The notes: generated by a model not told the origin, from the sequence alone. A DNA stretch of 64,000 nucleotides from an uncultured delta proteobacterium (GCA_963806225.1 CAWDXG010000001.1:448001-512000); one strand, 5' to 3'; positions 18,906 to 28,387 are shown, counted from the first letter of the stretch. Made by a program: numbers and translations.

Positions 18906-21146
18906 TCAGGCCCGGGACTCCACGCTGGAGAGCACTTTCTCCAACCCGTCGAGATCCAGCGGCTTCACCATGTGCTCGTCGAAGCCGGCCTCGAGGGCAC
19001 GGCGGCGGTCCTCCGGTTGCCCGTAGCCCGTGAGTGCGATGAGCCGGATGCTGGACGCCTCCCGCTCCGCCCGCACGCGTTCGGCCACCTCGAAACCGCT
19101 GACGACCGGCAGGCCGAGATCGACCAAAGCGATGTCCGGATGCAGGTGGAGCGCCTTCTCGATGCCGACGCGACCGTCCTCGGCGACGATGACATCGTGA
19201 CCGAGCAGCACGAGTAGCTCGCGGAGCATGTCGCGCGCGTCGGCGTTGTCCTCGACGATCAGGATCTTGAGCCTGCGCTTGCCGTCCGCTTCTTCGCCGG
19301 CAGCCGAGGTTGCCCGCAGCGACGAAGGGTGCTCGAGCGACACTGGTTCCGCTTCGATCGCCGGCAGGTGCACCGAGAACTCGCTGCCCTGGTTCTCGCC
19401 CGGGCTGTGAGCCGTGATGTGTCCGCCGTGCAGCTCGATCAACCGCTTGGCCAGCGTCAGCCCTATCCCCAGACCGCCCTGCGCGCGGGTCTTGGCTTTG
19501 TCCGTCTGCGCGAAGAGCTCGAAGATACCCTCGAGCTGTGCGGGCGCGATGCCGATGCCCGTGTCGATCACGCGCACGACCGCCTCGCCCGGCGGCTCGC
19601 CGACCGACGGATCCAGCTCGACGACGAGTCGGATCTTCCCGCCGGTGGGGGTGTACTTGATGGCGTTGCTGAGCAGGTTGGCGATCACCTGCTCGAGCCG
19701 CACCAGGTCGCCGTCCACCACGACAGGCTCGGCGGGAACCTCGAGAGCGAGCTCCTGCCCGTGATCCTCGGCACGGGCCGCCATGTCGCCCAGCGCCCGT
19801 CGTGCGATCTGGGCGAGATCGACCGGCTGCTGCTGCAGCCGGACGTTGCCGGTGCTGAAGCGCGACACGTCGAGCAGGTCGTCGACCAGGCGCGTCTGCA
19901 GCCTGACCTGGCGCGCGGCCACGTCGAGGTAGCGGTTCAATGCGGCCTTGTCCATCTTGCCGAGGCGCATCACACGGATGATGTTGACCAGCGCACCAAC
20001 CGGGTTGCGCAGCTCGTGACCGAGCATCGCGATGAACTCGTCCTTGGCCTGGTTGGCGCGTCGCAGCGCCTCCCGTGACTTTTCGGCCTCCGCCTTGGAG
20101 CGTTCGGCTTCCGCGCGGGCGCGGGTCTCGAACCAGGTGACCGCGGTGATGAGCAGGGTGACCATGAGCCCGGCCAGCAACACCAGCGGCGGGTTGCCGC
20201 GGTGCGATGCGGCGTCGAACCGCGGCGTCGACGCGAAGTCGAGCGTCCAGGTCCGCCCCGCCACCTGGATCCGGCGCGAGCCCCGCATGTAGGGGTTGTC
20301 CTGGTGCACGTCCTGACCGGCGCTGAATAACAGCGTGCCGGGCGTGGCGCGCGTCCCGTCGTACACGTTGAAGGCGAGCTGTGCCGCCGAGTGCTCGGCG
20401 AAGATCCCGCGCAGCAGATCGCGCACGCGGAACGGGCTGTAGACGAAGCCCTTCAACTTCCTGCGACGCTGCTCGACCGTCGCAGGAACGCCGGCGGACC
20501 CGTACACCGGAGTGAAGACGATGAAGCCGGGCTCCGTGCTGTCGCTCCCCTGTTCTTCCAGCGGGACCTCGGCCGTTGCCGCGGCCTTTCCGGTGTCGCG
20601 TGCGCGCTGCATTGCCTCTCGCCGCCGCGGCTCGCTCGCCATGTCGTAGCCGAGCGAGTCCTTGTTGCCGTGGTCGAGCGGCTCGATGAGCAGCACGGGT
20701 TGCCGCACCGGATGACCGCTGCTCGGGAACAAGCGGAAATCCGGTCGCCCGCTCTGGCGCACGCCGAGAACGAAATCAGCCTGCTGGGAGGCGAAAACCG
20801 TCGGGCTCCAGCCGATCCCGCGGTTTCCGGGGAAACGGCTGGAGAGCTCCAGGTGCCCGACGAAGGCGTGGAACTCGGGGCGCGAAACCGGAGCGGCGGC
20901 GGCGAACAGGCCGGCGCTCGCCTGAAGCGCGTCCAGATACGTCTTCATGCGCTCCTGGATCGCGTCCTGGGTGGCGGTCACGGAGTCGTCGAAGCGCGCT
21001 CGATCCCGATCGCCTGCCGTGCGGGCGACAAACGCCGTGACGCTGCCCGTCACGACAAGTCCGACGAGCAGCAGAATGGCTGGGGCCAAGGCGCTCCGGA
21101 AACGCGAAGGCGGAGCCGAAGCCAGCGGGGAACGCTCTTTCAGCAC
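18906..21146 (-). CDS. Hybrid sensor histidine kinase (TM-CHASE-TM-HisKA-HATPase-REC)
   Basis: CHASE (LIEPLD..SLGYDMASEPRRREAMQRARDTG), H-box LGHELRNP, NLLSNAIKYT, DTGIGI, GGLGIGL, and a C-terminal REC (LIVEDN, VDLGLP, HMVKP). Confidence 0.95.
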   Translation of the reverse strand: MLKERSPLASAPPSRFRSALAPAILLLVGLVVTGSVTAFVARTAGDRDRARFDDSVTATQDAIQERMKTYLDALQASAGLFAAAAPVSRPEFHAFVGHLELSSRFPGNRGIGWSPTVFASQQADFVLGVRQSGRPDFRLFPSSGHPVRQPVLLIEPLDHGNKDSLGYDMASEPRRREAMQRARDTGKAAATAEVPLEEQGSDSTEPGFIVFTPVYGSAGVPATVEQRRRKLKGFVYSPFRVRDLLRGIFAEHSAAQLAFNVYDGTRATPGTLLFSAGQDVHQDNPYMRGSRRIQVAGRTWTLDFASTPRFDAASHRGNPPLVLLAGLMVTLLITAVTWFETRARAEAERSKAEAEKSREALRRANQAKDEFIAMLGHELRNPVGALVNIIRVMRLGKMDKAALNRYLDVAARQVRLQTRLVDDLLDVSRFSTGNVRLQQQPVDLAQIARRALGDMAARAEDHGQELALEVPAEPVVVDGDLVRLEQVIANLLSNAIKYTPTGGKIRLVVELDPSVGEPPGEAVVRVIDTGIGIAPAQLEGIFELFAQTDKAKTRAQGGLGIGLTLAKRLIELHGGHITAHSPGENQGSEFSVHLPAIEAEPVSLEHPSSLRATSAAGEEADGKRRLKILIVEDNADARDMLRELLVLLGHDVIVAEDGRVGIEKALHLHPDIALVDLGLPVVSGFEVAERVRAEREASSIRLIALTGYGQPEDRRRALEAGFDEHMVKPLDLDGLEKVLSSVESRA

Positions 21147-21212
21147 AAACTACCCTCACTCCCGTAAGGTCATCCGGCGTCCGTGGCAACGTCGTCAGGC
21201 GAGATTTTTTGT

Positions 21213-21229
21213 TTGGCGTTTGGCTTGCG
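21213..21229 (+). promoter_or_regulatory. Candidate sigma54 -24/-12 promoter upstream of the degenerate kinase
   Basis: TTGGCGTTTGGCTTGCG has GG-N10-GC spacing with TTGC at -12, about 40 bp upstream of the ATG at 21269. Confidence 0.55.
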
Positions 21230-21268
21230 CGAGGTCCTCGGCGACCCTATCCCCGCTGAAGAAGCCCG

Positions 21269-22093
21269 ATGCCTGGAGGCCCCCACCGCAAACGCGACGC
21301 GCCGAGCCCTTCCACTGCTGGGGCGGAGGAAGAGCTCGACCCAGCCCTGGCGCTCGATCGATTGCGCGGCGAGGAGCGTCGCGCGGCGATCGGCCGGGTC
21401 GTCTCCACGCTCTCCCACGCGCTCGGCACGCCGCTGAACGTGATTTCGGGTCGGGCGGCGATGATGGGGATGCGCGACCTGAGCCCGGAGCAGCTCGTCG
21501 ACAATGCGCGCATCATCGGCGAGCAGGTCCGCTCCATCACGGGGATATTGAACCGCGTGCTGGCCTACTCCCGTGAAGGCTGGCCGGGCCCGGTGCCGAC
21601 GGCTCTCTCGGCACTCACCCGGAGCCTCGTGACGTTGCTCCGCCCGATCGCACAGGCGCGCGACATACGGCTCGAGCTCGGCGAGGTGCACGAGATCGCC
21701 GCCCGCGTGCACGGTCCGCGCATCGAGCAGGTGCTGGTCAACCTGCTGACGTTCGGGATGACGGCGGTCGAGCGCGGCGGGCGTGTTTCGTTGTCCCTGG
21801 TGGAGGCTGAGCTGGAGCCGCCGGGGCGCGAGCGCGGTCGCGCCGTGGCAGGTCCATGCGCCCGCTTCGACGTGAGGCTGCATGGCGTAGCGCTGCCCGA
21901 GCCCGACTACGAGCATGTGTATGGCCCGTGGCTCGGGCCGGAAGCGGGCACACCGGAAGAGCGGGCGCTGGCGATGCTGTACGCCGTCGCTTTCGGCATC
22001 GCGCGCGAGCACCGCGCGTGGGTGGAGCTCCACGTGGAGCCGGGGACAGCTTCGACGTTCTCGCTGTGCTGGCCGCTCGGCGGCGGCGTGTGA
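21269..22093 (+). CDS. Soluble histidine-kinase-like protein with intact H-box and degenerate HATPase domain
   Basis: H-box SHALGTPLNVISGRA and IEQVLVNLL are present. The N, G1, F and G2 boxes are substituted. No TM or sensor domain. Confidence 0.8.
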   Translation: MPGGPHRKRDAPSPSTAGAEEELDPALALDRLRGEERRAAIGRVVSTLSHALGTPLNVISGRAAMMGMRDLSPEQLVDNARIIGEQVRSITGILNRVLAYSREGWPGPVPTALSALTRSLVTLLRPIAQARDIRLELGEVHEIAARVHGPRIEQVLVNLLTFGMTAVERGGRVSLSLVEAELEPPGRERGRAVAGPCARFDVRLHGVALPEPDYEHVYGPWLGPEAGTPEERALAMLYAVAFGIAREHRAWVELHVEPGTASTFSLCWPLGGGV

Positions 22094-22114
22094 ACGAGAC
22101 CCGCCGGAACGGAG

Positions 22115-22963
22115 CTACTTGAACGGCAGGTCGAGGGTCATCCCCTCGCTCGCCACCACGAGCGTGGTCGACTGCGTGTGCTCGCCGATCCAGTGGGCCG
22201 CGCGCCTGCCGACCTCGTCGAGCGCCGCGTCGCTGCGGTCCGGATCGTGGTGGAACAGGGCCAGCGTATGCGGTGCGGCCAGAACCCCGAGCCTCAGCAC
22301 GTCGTCGACCACTGAATGTCCCCAGCCCAGCTTGGCGGGCATGTCCGCCTGGATGTACTGCGAGTCGTGGATCATCAGGTCCACGCCCTCCGCGAAGCGC
22401 GCGAGGACGTCGGGCGACGAGATCGGCCCGCCCGGAGCCGACAACTCGTTGTCGGTCAGGTAGGCGATCGAGGAGCCGTCGTCGTCGTCGATACGGAAAC
22501 CCTGCGCGCTGCCGGGGTGGTTCAGCGCGATGCGCTGGATGCGCGCCGACCCGATGCGCCACGTCGAGCCCTCCGGACGCATGAACTCCACCTTTGCCGG
22601 GATGTCGTTTGCGCTTACGGGAAAGTGGATGTCGTCGAAGATGGTGCGCTGGAAGCGTTCCTGCGCGTCCGTGGCCAGAGGGTAGATGAGAAGCTCGGTT
22701 TCCCGCTTCCACAACGGGCCGAAGAACGGCAGCCCCAGGATGTGATCCCAGTGCGTATGGGAAAGAAGCAGGTTGACCGGCGAGGAGTGATGCGCGCCGA
22801 GCAGAGCGTCGCCCAGCTTCCGCATGCCGGTGCCCGCGTCGAGCACGATGATCGTCCCGTCGCCCAGGCGCACGTCCACGCAGGAGGTATTGCCGCCGTA
22901 GCGTGCGGTCTCCGGACCAGGTGCCGGGACCGACCCGCGGACTCCGTAGAAGCGTACGCGCAT
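22115..22963 (-). CDS. MBL-fold metallo-hydrolase (RNase Z/PhnP-like)
   Basis: Motifs YGVRGSVPAPG..RYGGNTSC, DAGTG, SHTHWDHILG, YLTDNE, IHDSQY, GWGHS and LFHHDP. Confidence 0.92.
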   Translation of the reverse strand: MRVRFYGVRGSVPAPGPETARYGGNTSCVDVRLGDGTIIVLDAGTGMRKLGDALLGAHHSSPVNLLLSHTHWDHILGLPFFGPLWKRETELLIYPLATDAQERFQRTIFDDIHFPVSANDIPAKVEFMRPEGSTWRIGSARIQRIALNHPGSAQGFRIDDDDGSSIAYLTDNELSAPGGPISSPDVLARFAEGVDLMIHDSQYIQADMPAKLGWGHSVVDDVLRLGVLAAPHTLALFHHDPDRSDAALDEVGRRAAHWIGEHTQSTTLVVASEGMTLDLPFK

Positions 22964-23188
22964 CGCGCCACACTGTATCAGCCTCTCGTCGCGTGGCGCA
23001 TTTTCCTGATTGCGGTCCGTCCGCGGAGGCGGGTGGTCGCTCCCGCCCGGGAAAATCCGGCCTCCACGGCCCGGAGGCCAGCCAGCCGCGTGCCCAGCCC
23101 CCCCGCCGCTCCGGAACGCGAAACCGGCGGCTGGACGCGCGGCGATGCGTGCTGGCGGTCGCCCCGAGGAGGGTTAGATTCGCTATCG

Positions 23189-24016
23189 ATGATCAGCGCG
23201 GAGGACAGACAGCCCGCGGTTGCCGGTCGCTTCTATCCGGGAGATCCCGCTCGCCTGGGCGAGGACGTGGCGCGTCTGCTCGGTGACACGCGGAAGGAGC
23301 CTGGGCGCGAGGCGTACGCCTTGATGGCGCCGCACGCAGGCTACGTCTACAGCGGTGCGGTCGCGGGCGCGACGTACGCGCGGGTCCGGGTGCCGTCGCA
23401 GGCGGTCGTGCTGTGCCCGAACCACACCGGGCGCGGGGTGCGTCGCTCGTTGTGGAGCAGTGGACAATGGAACATGCCGGGAGGCGCGGTGCCCATTGCG
23501 GGCGACCTCGCCCGCGCGATCCGCGATGCGGCGGATCTGGACGACGATCACGCGGCCCATCTCGGAGAGCATGCCATCGAGGTCCAGCTCCCGTTCCTGC
23601 AGGGGCGCCGCTCCGACGTTTCCATCGTGCCGATCTGCCTGGCGGGGCTCTCGCTCGGCGAGTGCCACGAGCTCGGCGAAGGCCTGGCGCGTGCGATCTC
23701 GGCGTCGCCCGGGGGTGCGCGAGGCACACTACTCGTCGCAAGCTCGGACATGTCGCACTACGTGCCCGCGGACGTTGCCAAGCGGCTCGACAGCCTGGCG
23801 CTCGATCGCGTGGGCGCGCTGGACCCCGACGGGCTGTACGATGTCGTGACGCGTCACGACATCTCGATGTGCGGCTTCATCCCGATGACGGTCGCGCTGG
23901 TCGCGGCCCTCCGGCTCGGGGCTACGGGCGCCGAGCTCGTGCGCTACGCGAATTCCGGAGACGCTTCCGGCGACTACCAGAGCGTTGTCGGCTACGCGGG
24001 CGTCGTCGTCTACTGA
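23189..24016 (+). CDS. amrB: AmmeMemoRadiSam system protein B (MEMO1 family)
   Basis: Motifs RQPAVAGRFYP, APHAGYVYSG, PNHTG, EHAIEVQLPFLQ, ASSDMSHY, SMCG, YANSGD and VVGYAG. Confidence 0.9.
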   Translation: MISAEDRQPAVAGRFYPGDPARLGEDVARLLGDTRKEPGREAYALMAPHAGYVYSGAVAGATYARVRVPSQAVVLCPNHTGRGVRRSLWSSGQWNMPGGAVPIAGDLARAIRDAADLDDDHAAHLGEHAIEVQLPFLQGRRSDVSIVPICLAGLSLGECHELGEGLARAISASPGGARGTLLVASSDMSHYVPADVAKRLDSLALDRVGALDPDGLYDVVTRHDISMCGFIPMTVALVAALRLGATGAELVRYANSGDASGDYQSVVGYAGVVVY

Positions 24017-24081
24017 CGGCGCCGGGGTATCGCCGCACTCGACGTGGACTCGCCGCGTTGTTAGCTTTGTCCATCGAAGCC

Positions 24082-24648
24082 ATGTCCAGCCTAGCCCCGG
24101 GATTCCTGGTTGCCGCACCGCCGCTCGGCGATCCGAACTTCGACCGCTCCGTTGTATTGCTCGCGGCGCACGGTCCCGATGGTGCGTTCGGCTGGATCGT
24201 CAACGGTCCCGAGCTGATGACGCTGCCGGAACTGCTGGTCCGCGCGGAGATCACCACCGAGCACATCGACGCCGCGCTGGGCTCGGTCCGCATGGGAGGG
24301 CCGGTCAGCCAGGAGCAGGTCTGGCTGGTGTACCGCAGCGAAGATCGCTTCGACGGTATCGAAGGGCAGTTCGACGTGGGCGACGGCATCGTGGCTTCCG
24401 CGTCGCGCAAGGTGCTGGAGGCCGTCGCAGGCGGGAATTCTCCTGCGAGCCTGGTCGGGCTGGTCGGCTATGCGGGGTGGGCGCCATCGCAGCTGGAAGA
24501 CGAAATCCGTGCCGGCGCCTGGCTGCCGACGGATATCGACCCCTCCATCGTGTTCGATGTACCGCGCGACGAGGTGTGGACGGCGGCCTACGCCCACGTC
24601 GGCATGACGCCGATCGCGTTCACGGCGCGCATCGTCGGCTCCGCCTGA
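24082..24648 (+). CDS. YqgE/AlgH (UPF0301) family protein
   Basis: Motifs FLVAAPPLGDPNFDRSVVLL, GGPV and GYAGWAPSQLEDEIRAGAW. Confidence 0.92.
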   Translation: MSSLAPGFLVAAPPLGDPNFDRSVVLLAAHGPDGAFGWIVNGPELMTLPELLVRAEITTEHIDAALGSVRMGGPVSQEQVWLVYRSEDRFDGIEGQFDVGDGIVASASRKVLEAVAGGNSPASLVGLVGYAGWAPSQLEDEIRAGAWLPTDIDPSIVFDVPRDEVWTAAYAHVGMTPIAFTARIVGSA

Positions 24649-24660
24649 GTCAGCGCGAGC

Positions 24661-25617
24661 ATGCTGCGGCGCATCCTTGCCCTCTGTCTCGTTGGGCTGG
24701 CATCGAGCACGGCGTTCCCGAGCGCGTTCGCGCGAGGCGCCGCCGCTGTCGGCCCGGGTTCGGCGCCGGGCGGTGCGCGGCATGTCGCTCCGTCGCCGGT
24801 CGTGGATGCCGGGGCCGTTCCCGCGCCGGCGCGGCCCCGGCCGCGCGCGGCAGAGCGGCAGGTTCGTGGCTGTCCGGCATCGATGGTTCGCGTCGAGGAC
24901 TACTGCGTCGACCGCTTCGAGGTCTCGATGGTGGACCGGAAGACCGACGAGCCGCTGTCGCCCTACTACCCGCCGCAGCCCGTGCTGCTCAGGCGCGTGC
25001 GCGAGGTGTGGCAATCGGAGCGCTTCGAGGAGGGGAGCGAGAGCGCGACCGGAATGCCCCTGCCGGACCTGTCGAACTGGCAGACGACGCATCGTTTCCA
25101 GCCCAAGGCGGTGAGCGTGCGCGGCGTCGTGCCGCAGGGCTACCTCTCGTACTACACCGCGAAAGAAGCGTGCGAGAACGCGGGCAAGCGTCTGTGCACG
25201 CACGACGAGTGGGTGACGGCCTGCGAGGGCGCGCGGCACACGCGCTTTCCCTACGGGGACCGCTTCGATCGCTCGAAGTGCAACGTGTACCGGTACTACC
25301 ACCCCGCGTACGTGCTGCACGACAACTCGTCGATAGGTCACACCGATCCGCGCCTCAACCTCGTTGTCGAACACGGTCGCGACCCGGTGCTGCGCAACAC
25401 CGGCGCTACCCGCAGCTGCGCCAGCCGTTGGGGCAAGGACCGCATCTACGACATGGTCGGCAACCTCGACGAGTGGGTGGAGGACAAGGGCGGGATGTTC
25501 GTCGGCGGGTTCTATGCGCGGGGCACGACGAAGGGTTGCGAATCGAAGATCACCGTGCACGCCCGCGCCTACTACGACTACTCGCTCGGCACGCGGTGCT
25601 GCCGCGACGCGCGCTAG
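24661..25617 (+). CDS. Exported SUMF1/FGE-sulfatase-domain protein
   Basis: Signal peptide plus CPASMV, CVDRFE, GKRLCTHDEWVTACEG, YDMVGNLDEWV and GTRCC. Confidence 0.85.
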   Translation: MLRRILALCLVGLASSTAFPSAFARGAAAVGPGSAPGGARHVAPSPVVDAGAVPAPARPRPRAAERQVRGCPASMVRVEDYCVDRFEVSMVDRKTDEPLSPYYPPQPVLLRRVREVWQSERFEEGSESATGMPLPDLSNWQTTHRFQPKAVSVRGVVPQGYLSYYTAKEACENAGKRLCTHDEWVTACEGARHTRFPYGDRFDRSKCNVYRYYHPAYVLHDNSSIGHTDPRLNLVVEHGRDPVLRNTGATRSCASRWGKDRIYDMVGNLDEWVEDKGGMFVGGFYARGTTKGCESKITVHARAYYDYSLGTRCCRDAR

Positions 25618-26390
25618 GCGTCCGGGCTCCGATCCAGGTTCCGCGCGAGTCGCCCGAGCGCGGTGGTCAACCCGCGCCGACGCTCGGCTTTCGGCTCCGT
25701 TTCGCTCCAGCGCGACCAGTACACGAGCAGCAGCCGTTCCTCCAGCGTTCGCGGGGAGGGGAGAGTACGCAGGCACAGCACCGAGTCGCCGTCTTCCGGC
25801 CAGGACAGCGCGATGTCGCGCCCCGGGGTGTTGGCGAGCACCCTTCCGCCGATTCGATCGCCCCAGGGGCAGCGGAGCGCCACGCTGCTTCCGGTCGGGC
25901 CGATTGCTTCTCCGGTCCCCAGCCACGTCCCGAGGGCGGCGGCGTCCGAGAAGAACGCGTGGGCAGCCCCAGCCGTGGTGTGGGCTCGATCCAGCATCCA
26001 GATGGCGTGGCGATCCCGCCCAGGGTGGCTCGCGAGCGAATGCGCCAGAAGCGCGAGCGACAGCCGCCAGGAAGAGGCGACACCCTCGACGTCGTCACCG
26101 GGCTCGAGTCCCTCGTGCTCCAGCACGACCTGCTCCGGAGCGAAATAGAGCCGCACCTGCGACCCGCCGCTGTCGAACACGATCTCCTGGCGTTCGACAA
26201 GAGCGGCAACAGTGACGGAGAGACTGGTTCCCAGCGCGGGCCAGCCGAGATTGATCTGGCCATCGCGCTGCATCCGGCCCGTGACGACGTCGGCTTGCCA
26301 GCGCGCGAGCCCACGCGTTGTCGCGCACGCCTCCCACGCCCGCTCGAGCGGTGCGTCGATGCGCTGTTCCAGACGGAAGTCGAGGGTCAT
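25614..26390 (-). CDS. SRPBCC/AHSA1 (START-like) domain protein, probably tandem domains
   Basis: Motifs RLEQRIDAPLERAWEA..GLARWQ and VLEHEG..W..SLALL, with a second repeat AFFSDAAALGTWLG. Confidence 0.75.
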   Translation of the reverse strand: MTLDFRLEQRIDAPLERAWEACATTRGLARWQADVVTGRMQRDGQINLGWPALGTSLSVTVAALVERQEIVFDSGGSQVRLYFAPEQVVLEHEGLEPGDDVEGVASSWRLSLALLAHSLASHPGRDRHAIWMLDRAHTTAGAAHAFFSDAAALGTWLGTGEAIGPTGSSVALRCPWGDRIGGRVLANTPGRDIALSWPEDGDSVLCLRTLPSPRTLEERLLLVYWSRWSETEPKAERRRGLTTALGRLARNLDRSPDA

Positions 26391-26781
26391 CGGATCGAAA
26401 AGTGTGAGGAGCGCTGGGCTCGCCTTCCGCGCTCCAACCTGCCGCGGATCAAGCCGGGAGAGCCGCTCGCTACGGCGGCGGGATAGCCGCGATCTTCACC
26501 CAGGACGAAATCTTGTGTCGCGATTGAAGTCACGCTGATTGTTCCTGATCGAAGCGCCGCGCGTACTGGCGGCATGGCGAAACCGCGGTTTCATGCGTCT
26601 GTCGCCGCGACGCGTCGCGAGTCACGACCATAGCGCGCACGCTGATCGCGAGGAAGTCGACGCGTTCTGGCTGGCGGATCGATCGCGGAGAAACTAGAGT
26701 GCCATGTCTCCCGGCGCGGCGAGCCGTTCCCGCCTCGCGCGCAATTCCGGAAACACCTTGCTCTGCAGCGGAGGAATCCCG

Positions 26782-28122
26782 ATGCGCCGTAGTGCCCTGC
26801 TTTTCGCCTCGCTTGCTCTTCTCGTCGGTGCCGGTTGTGGTTCCAGCGGTCCGACGCCGACCGTCAAGCTCTCGCACCAGCTCGAGCCCATTTCCGGCGG
26901 GCAGACCGACACCACGCACACCTCGGTGGTGGCCATCATCACGATGGGGAACGGAGGAATCGGGATGTGCTCGGGCACGCTGATCGCGCCGAACCTCGTG
27001 CTGACGGCCCGGCACTGCGTCGCGCCCCTGCAGAACTCGTCATCGGTACAACCGGGCGCCGTGATCTGTGGGCAGACCACCTTCGGACCGGACTATTCCG
27101 CGGGCGCGCTGCACGTCACGACCGATACGAACGTCTCCTATCAGTCGTACTACAGCTCCGTTCCCGGGCAGGAAGTCCGCGTGCCGAGCGAAGGCAACGA
27201 CGGCTGCGGCTACGACGTAGCGCTCATCATCCTGAGCAAGAAGATCACGAGCGTGAAGCCCTACGTGCCTCGCATCGACGAGCCGGTTTCGCTCGGCGAG
27301 GTGTATACGGCGGTCGGCTACGGGATGACCAGGACGCCTACAAGCAGTTCTGACACGGCCGGCGCCGGCACGCGCCGGGAGCGTACCGGCCTGCATGTCA
27401 GCTGGTACCGGGGCGGTTCGTACGATCCCGTCTGCGGCACCAAGCCGGCATGCGGCTACGGTGTGGCGTCCAGCGAGTGGCAGGGCGAAATCGGCGTCTG
27501 CGAGGGCGACTCGGGTGGTCCCGCACTCGACGCGAACAAGAGGGTGGTCGGCGTCGTCTCGCGCGGCGCGAGCTGCGACTACCCGACCTACAGCTCTGTC
27601 TCCACGTGGAAGGACTTCATCATCAAGGCCGCGCTCGACGCGGCCAAGGCCGGCGGCTACACGGCTCCGACCTGGGCCACGACCGGCAGCACCGGCACCG
27701 GCGGCGCGGGCGGCGCCGCGGGCGCGGGCGCGGGCGGCGCGGGCGGTAGCGGTGCCGGCGGTCAGGCTGCCGGGGGTGCGGGCGGTGCTGCGGGCGGTCC
27801 GGTGACCACGGCGGATCCGCAGGGCACCGCTTGCAGCAAGTCGGCGCCCTGTCCGACCGGCTACCAGTGCGTCTACGACAGCGACCCCTCGAAGGCGTAC
27901 TGCGCCGCCGACTGCGACGCGAACAACGCCTGCTCGCCCGGGCTGGAGTGCGTGTCGGTCGGGCAGAATGCGCAGGTCTGCAAGAACGCGCAGAAGCCCG
28001 CAGCCGACACCAACACCAGCAGCGGCTGCACGCTCTCGCAAGGGCGCGGCCCCGCCAAGCCGGTGCCCTGGTTCATCGGGCTCTCGCTGGTTGGCCTCGC
28101 CGCCCTGCGCCGCCGCCGCTAG
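26782..28122 (+). CDS. Trypsin-like (S1) serine protease with lipoprotein signal, Gly/Ala linker, Cys-rich domain and MYXO-CTERM-like tail
   Basis: Catalytic triad in CSGTLIAPNLVLTARHC, YDVALI and CEGDSGGP. N-terminal LVGAGC lipobox, GGAGG SD, and C-terminal SSGCTL...WFIGLSLVGLAALRRRR. Confidence 0.92.
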   Translation: MRRSALLFASLALLVGAGCGSSGPTPTVKLSHQLEPISGGQTDTTHTSVVAIITMGNGGIGMCSGTLIAPNLVLTARHCVAPLQNSSSVQPGAVICGQTTFGPDYSAGALHVTTDTNVSYQSYYSSVPGQEVRVPSEGNDGCGYDVALIILSKKITSVKPYVPRIDEPVSLGEVYTAVGYGMTRTPTSSSDTAGAGTRRERTGLHVSWYRGGSYDPVCGTKPACGYGVASSEWQGEIGVCEGDSGGPALDANKRVVGVVSRGASCDYPTYSSVSTWKDFIIKAALDAAKAGGYTAPTWATTGSTGTGGAGGAAGAGAGGAGGSGAGGQAAGGAGGAAGGPVTTADPQGTACSKSAPCPTGYQCVYDSDPSKAYCAADCDANNACSPGLECVSVGQNAQVCKNAQKPAADTNTSSGCTLSQGRGPAKPVPWFIGLSLVGLAALRRRR

Positions 28123-28163
28123 GGCGCGTCCGGGATTTGCTAGACGCCCGGAACCAGCGAAGC

Positions 28164-28258
28164 GACAGCGAGCTCGCGATGAGCGAAGCGAATCGCGTCG
28201 GGGTGCTCGAGGGGCGGTGAGCCCCCTCGAGGAGGATTACGGTGGGGGTGGGTGCGTG
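28164..28258. repeat. 95-bp REP-like interspersed repeat, copy A
   Basis: Aligns ungapped to 38253-38347 with 11 mismatches by manual count. Contains the hairpin CTCGAGGGGC-GGTGA-GCCCCCTCGAG. Confidence 0.85.
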
Positions 28259-28271
28259 GGAGACAGACCAG

Positions 28272-28344
<73 letters not shown>

Positions 28345-28359
28345 GGGACGAGGACCGGG

Positions 28360-28387
28360 AGGGTAGCCGCGGCCGGCCGCGTGTCAA
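28360..28387 (-). promoter_or_regulatory. Candidate sigma70-type promoter for tRNA-Ala
   Basis: TTGACA-N16-TACCCT immediately upstream of the tRNA 5' end. Confidence 0.55.

Noticed and set aside
26579..26619. Two 14-bp perfect palindromes (GAAACCGCGGTTTC; CGCGACGCGTCGCG) upstream of the protease
   Set aside because: Unrelated to each other and not repeated elsewhere in the window. Plausible by chance in GC-rich DNA.
27685..27800. GGCGCG-rich low-complexity tract
   Set aside because: It encodes the Gly/Ala linker of the protease and is not an independent repeat element.
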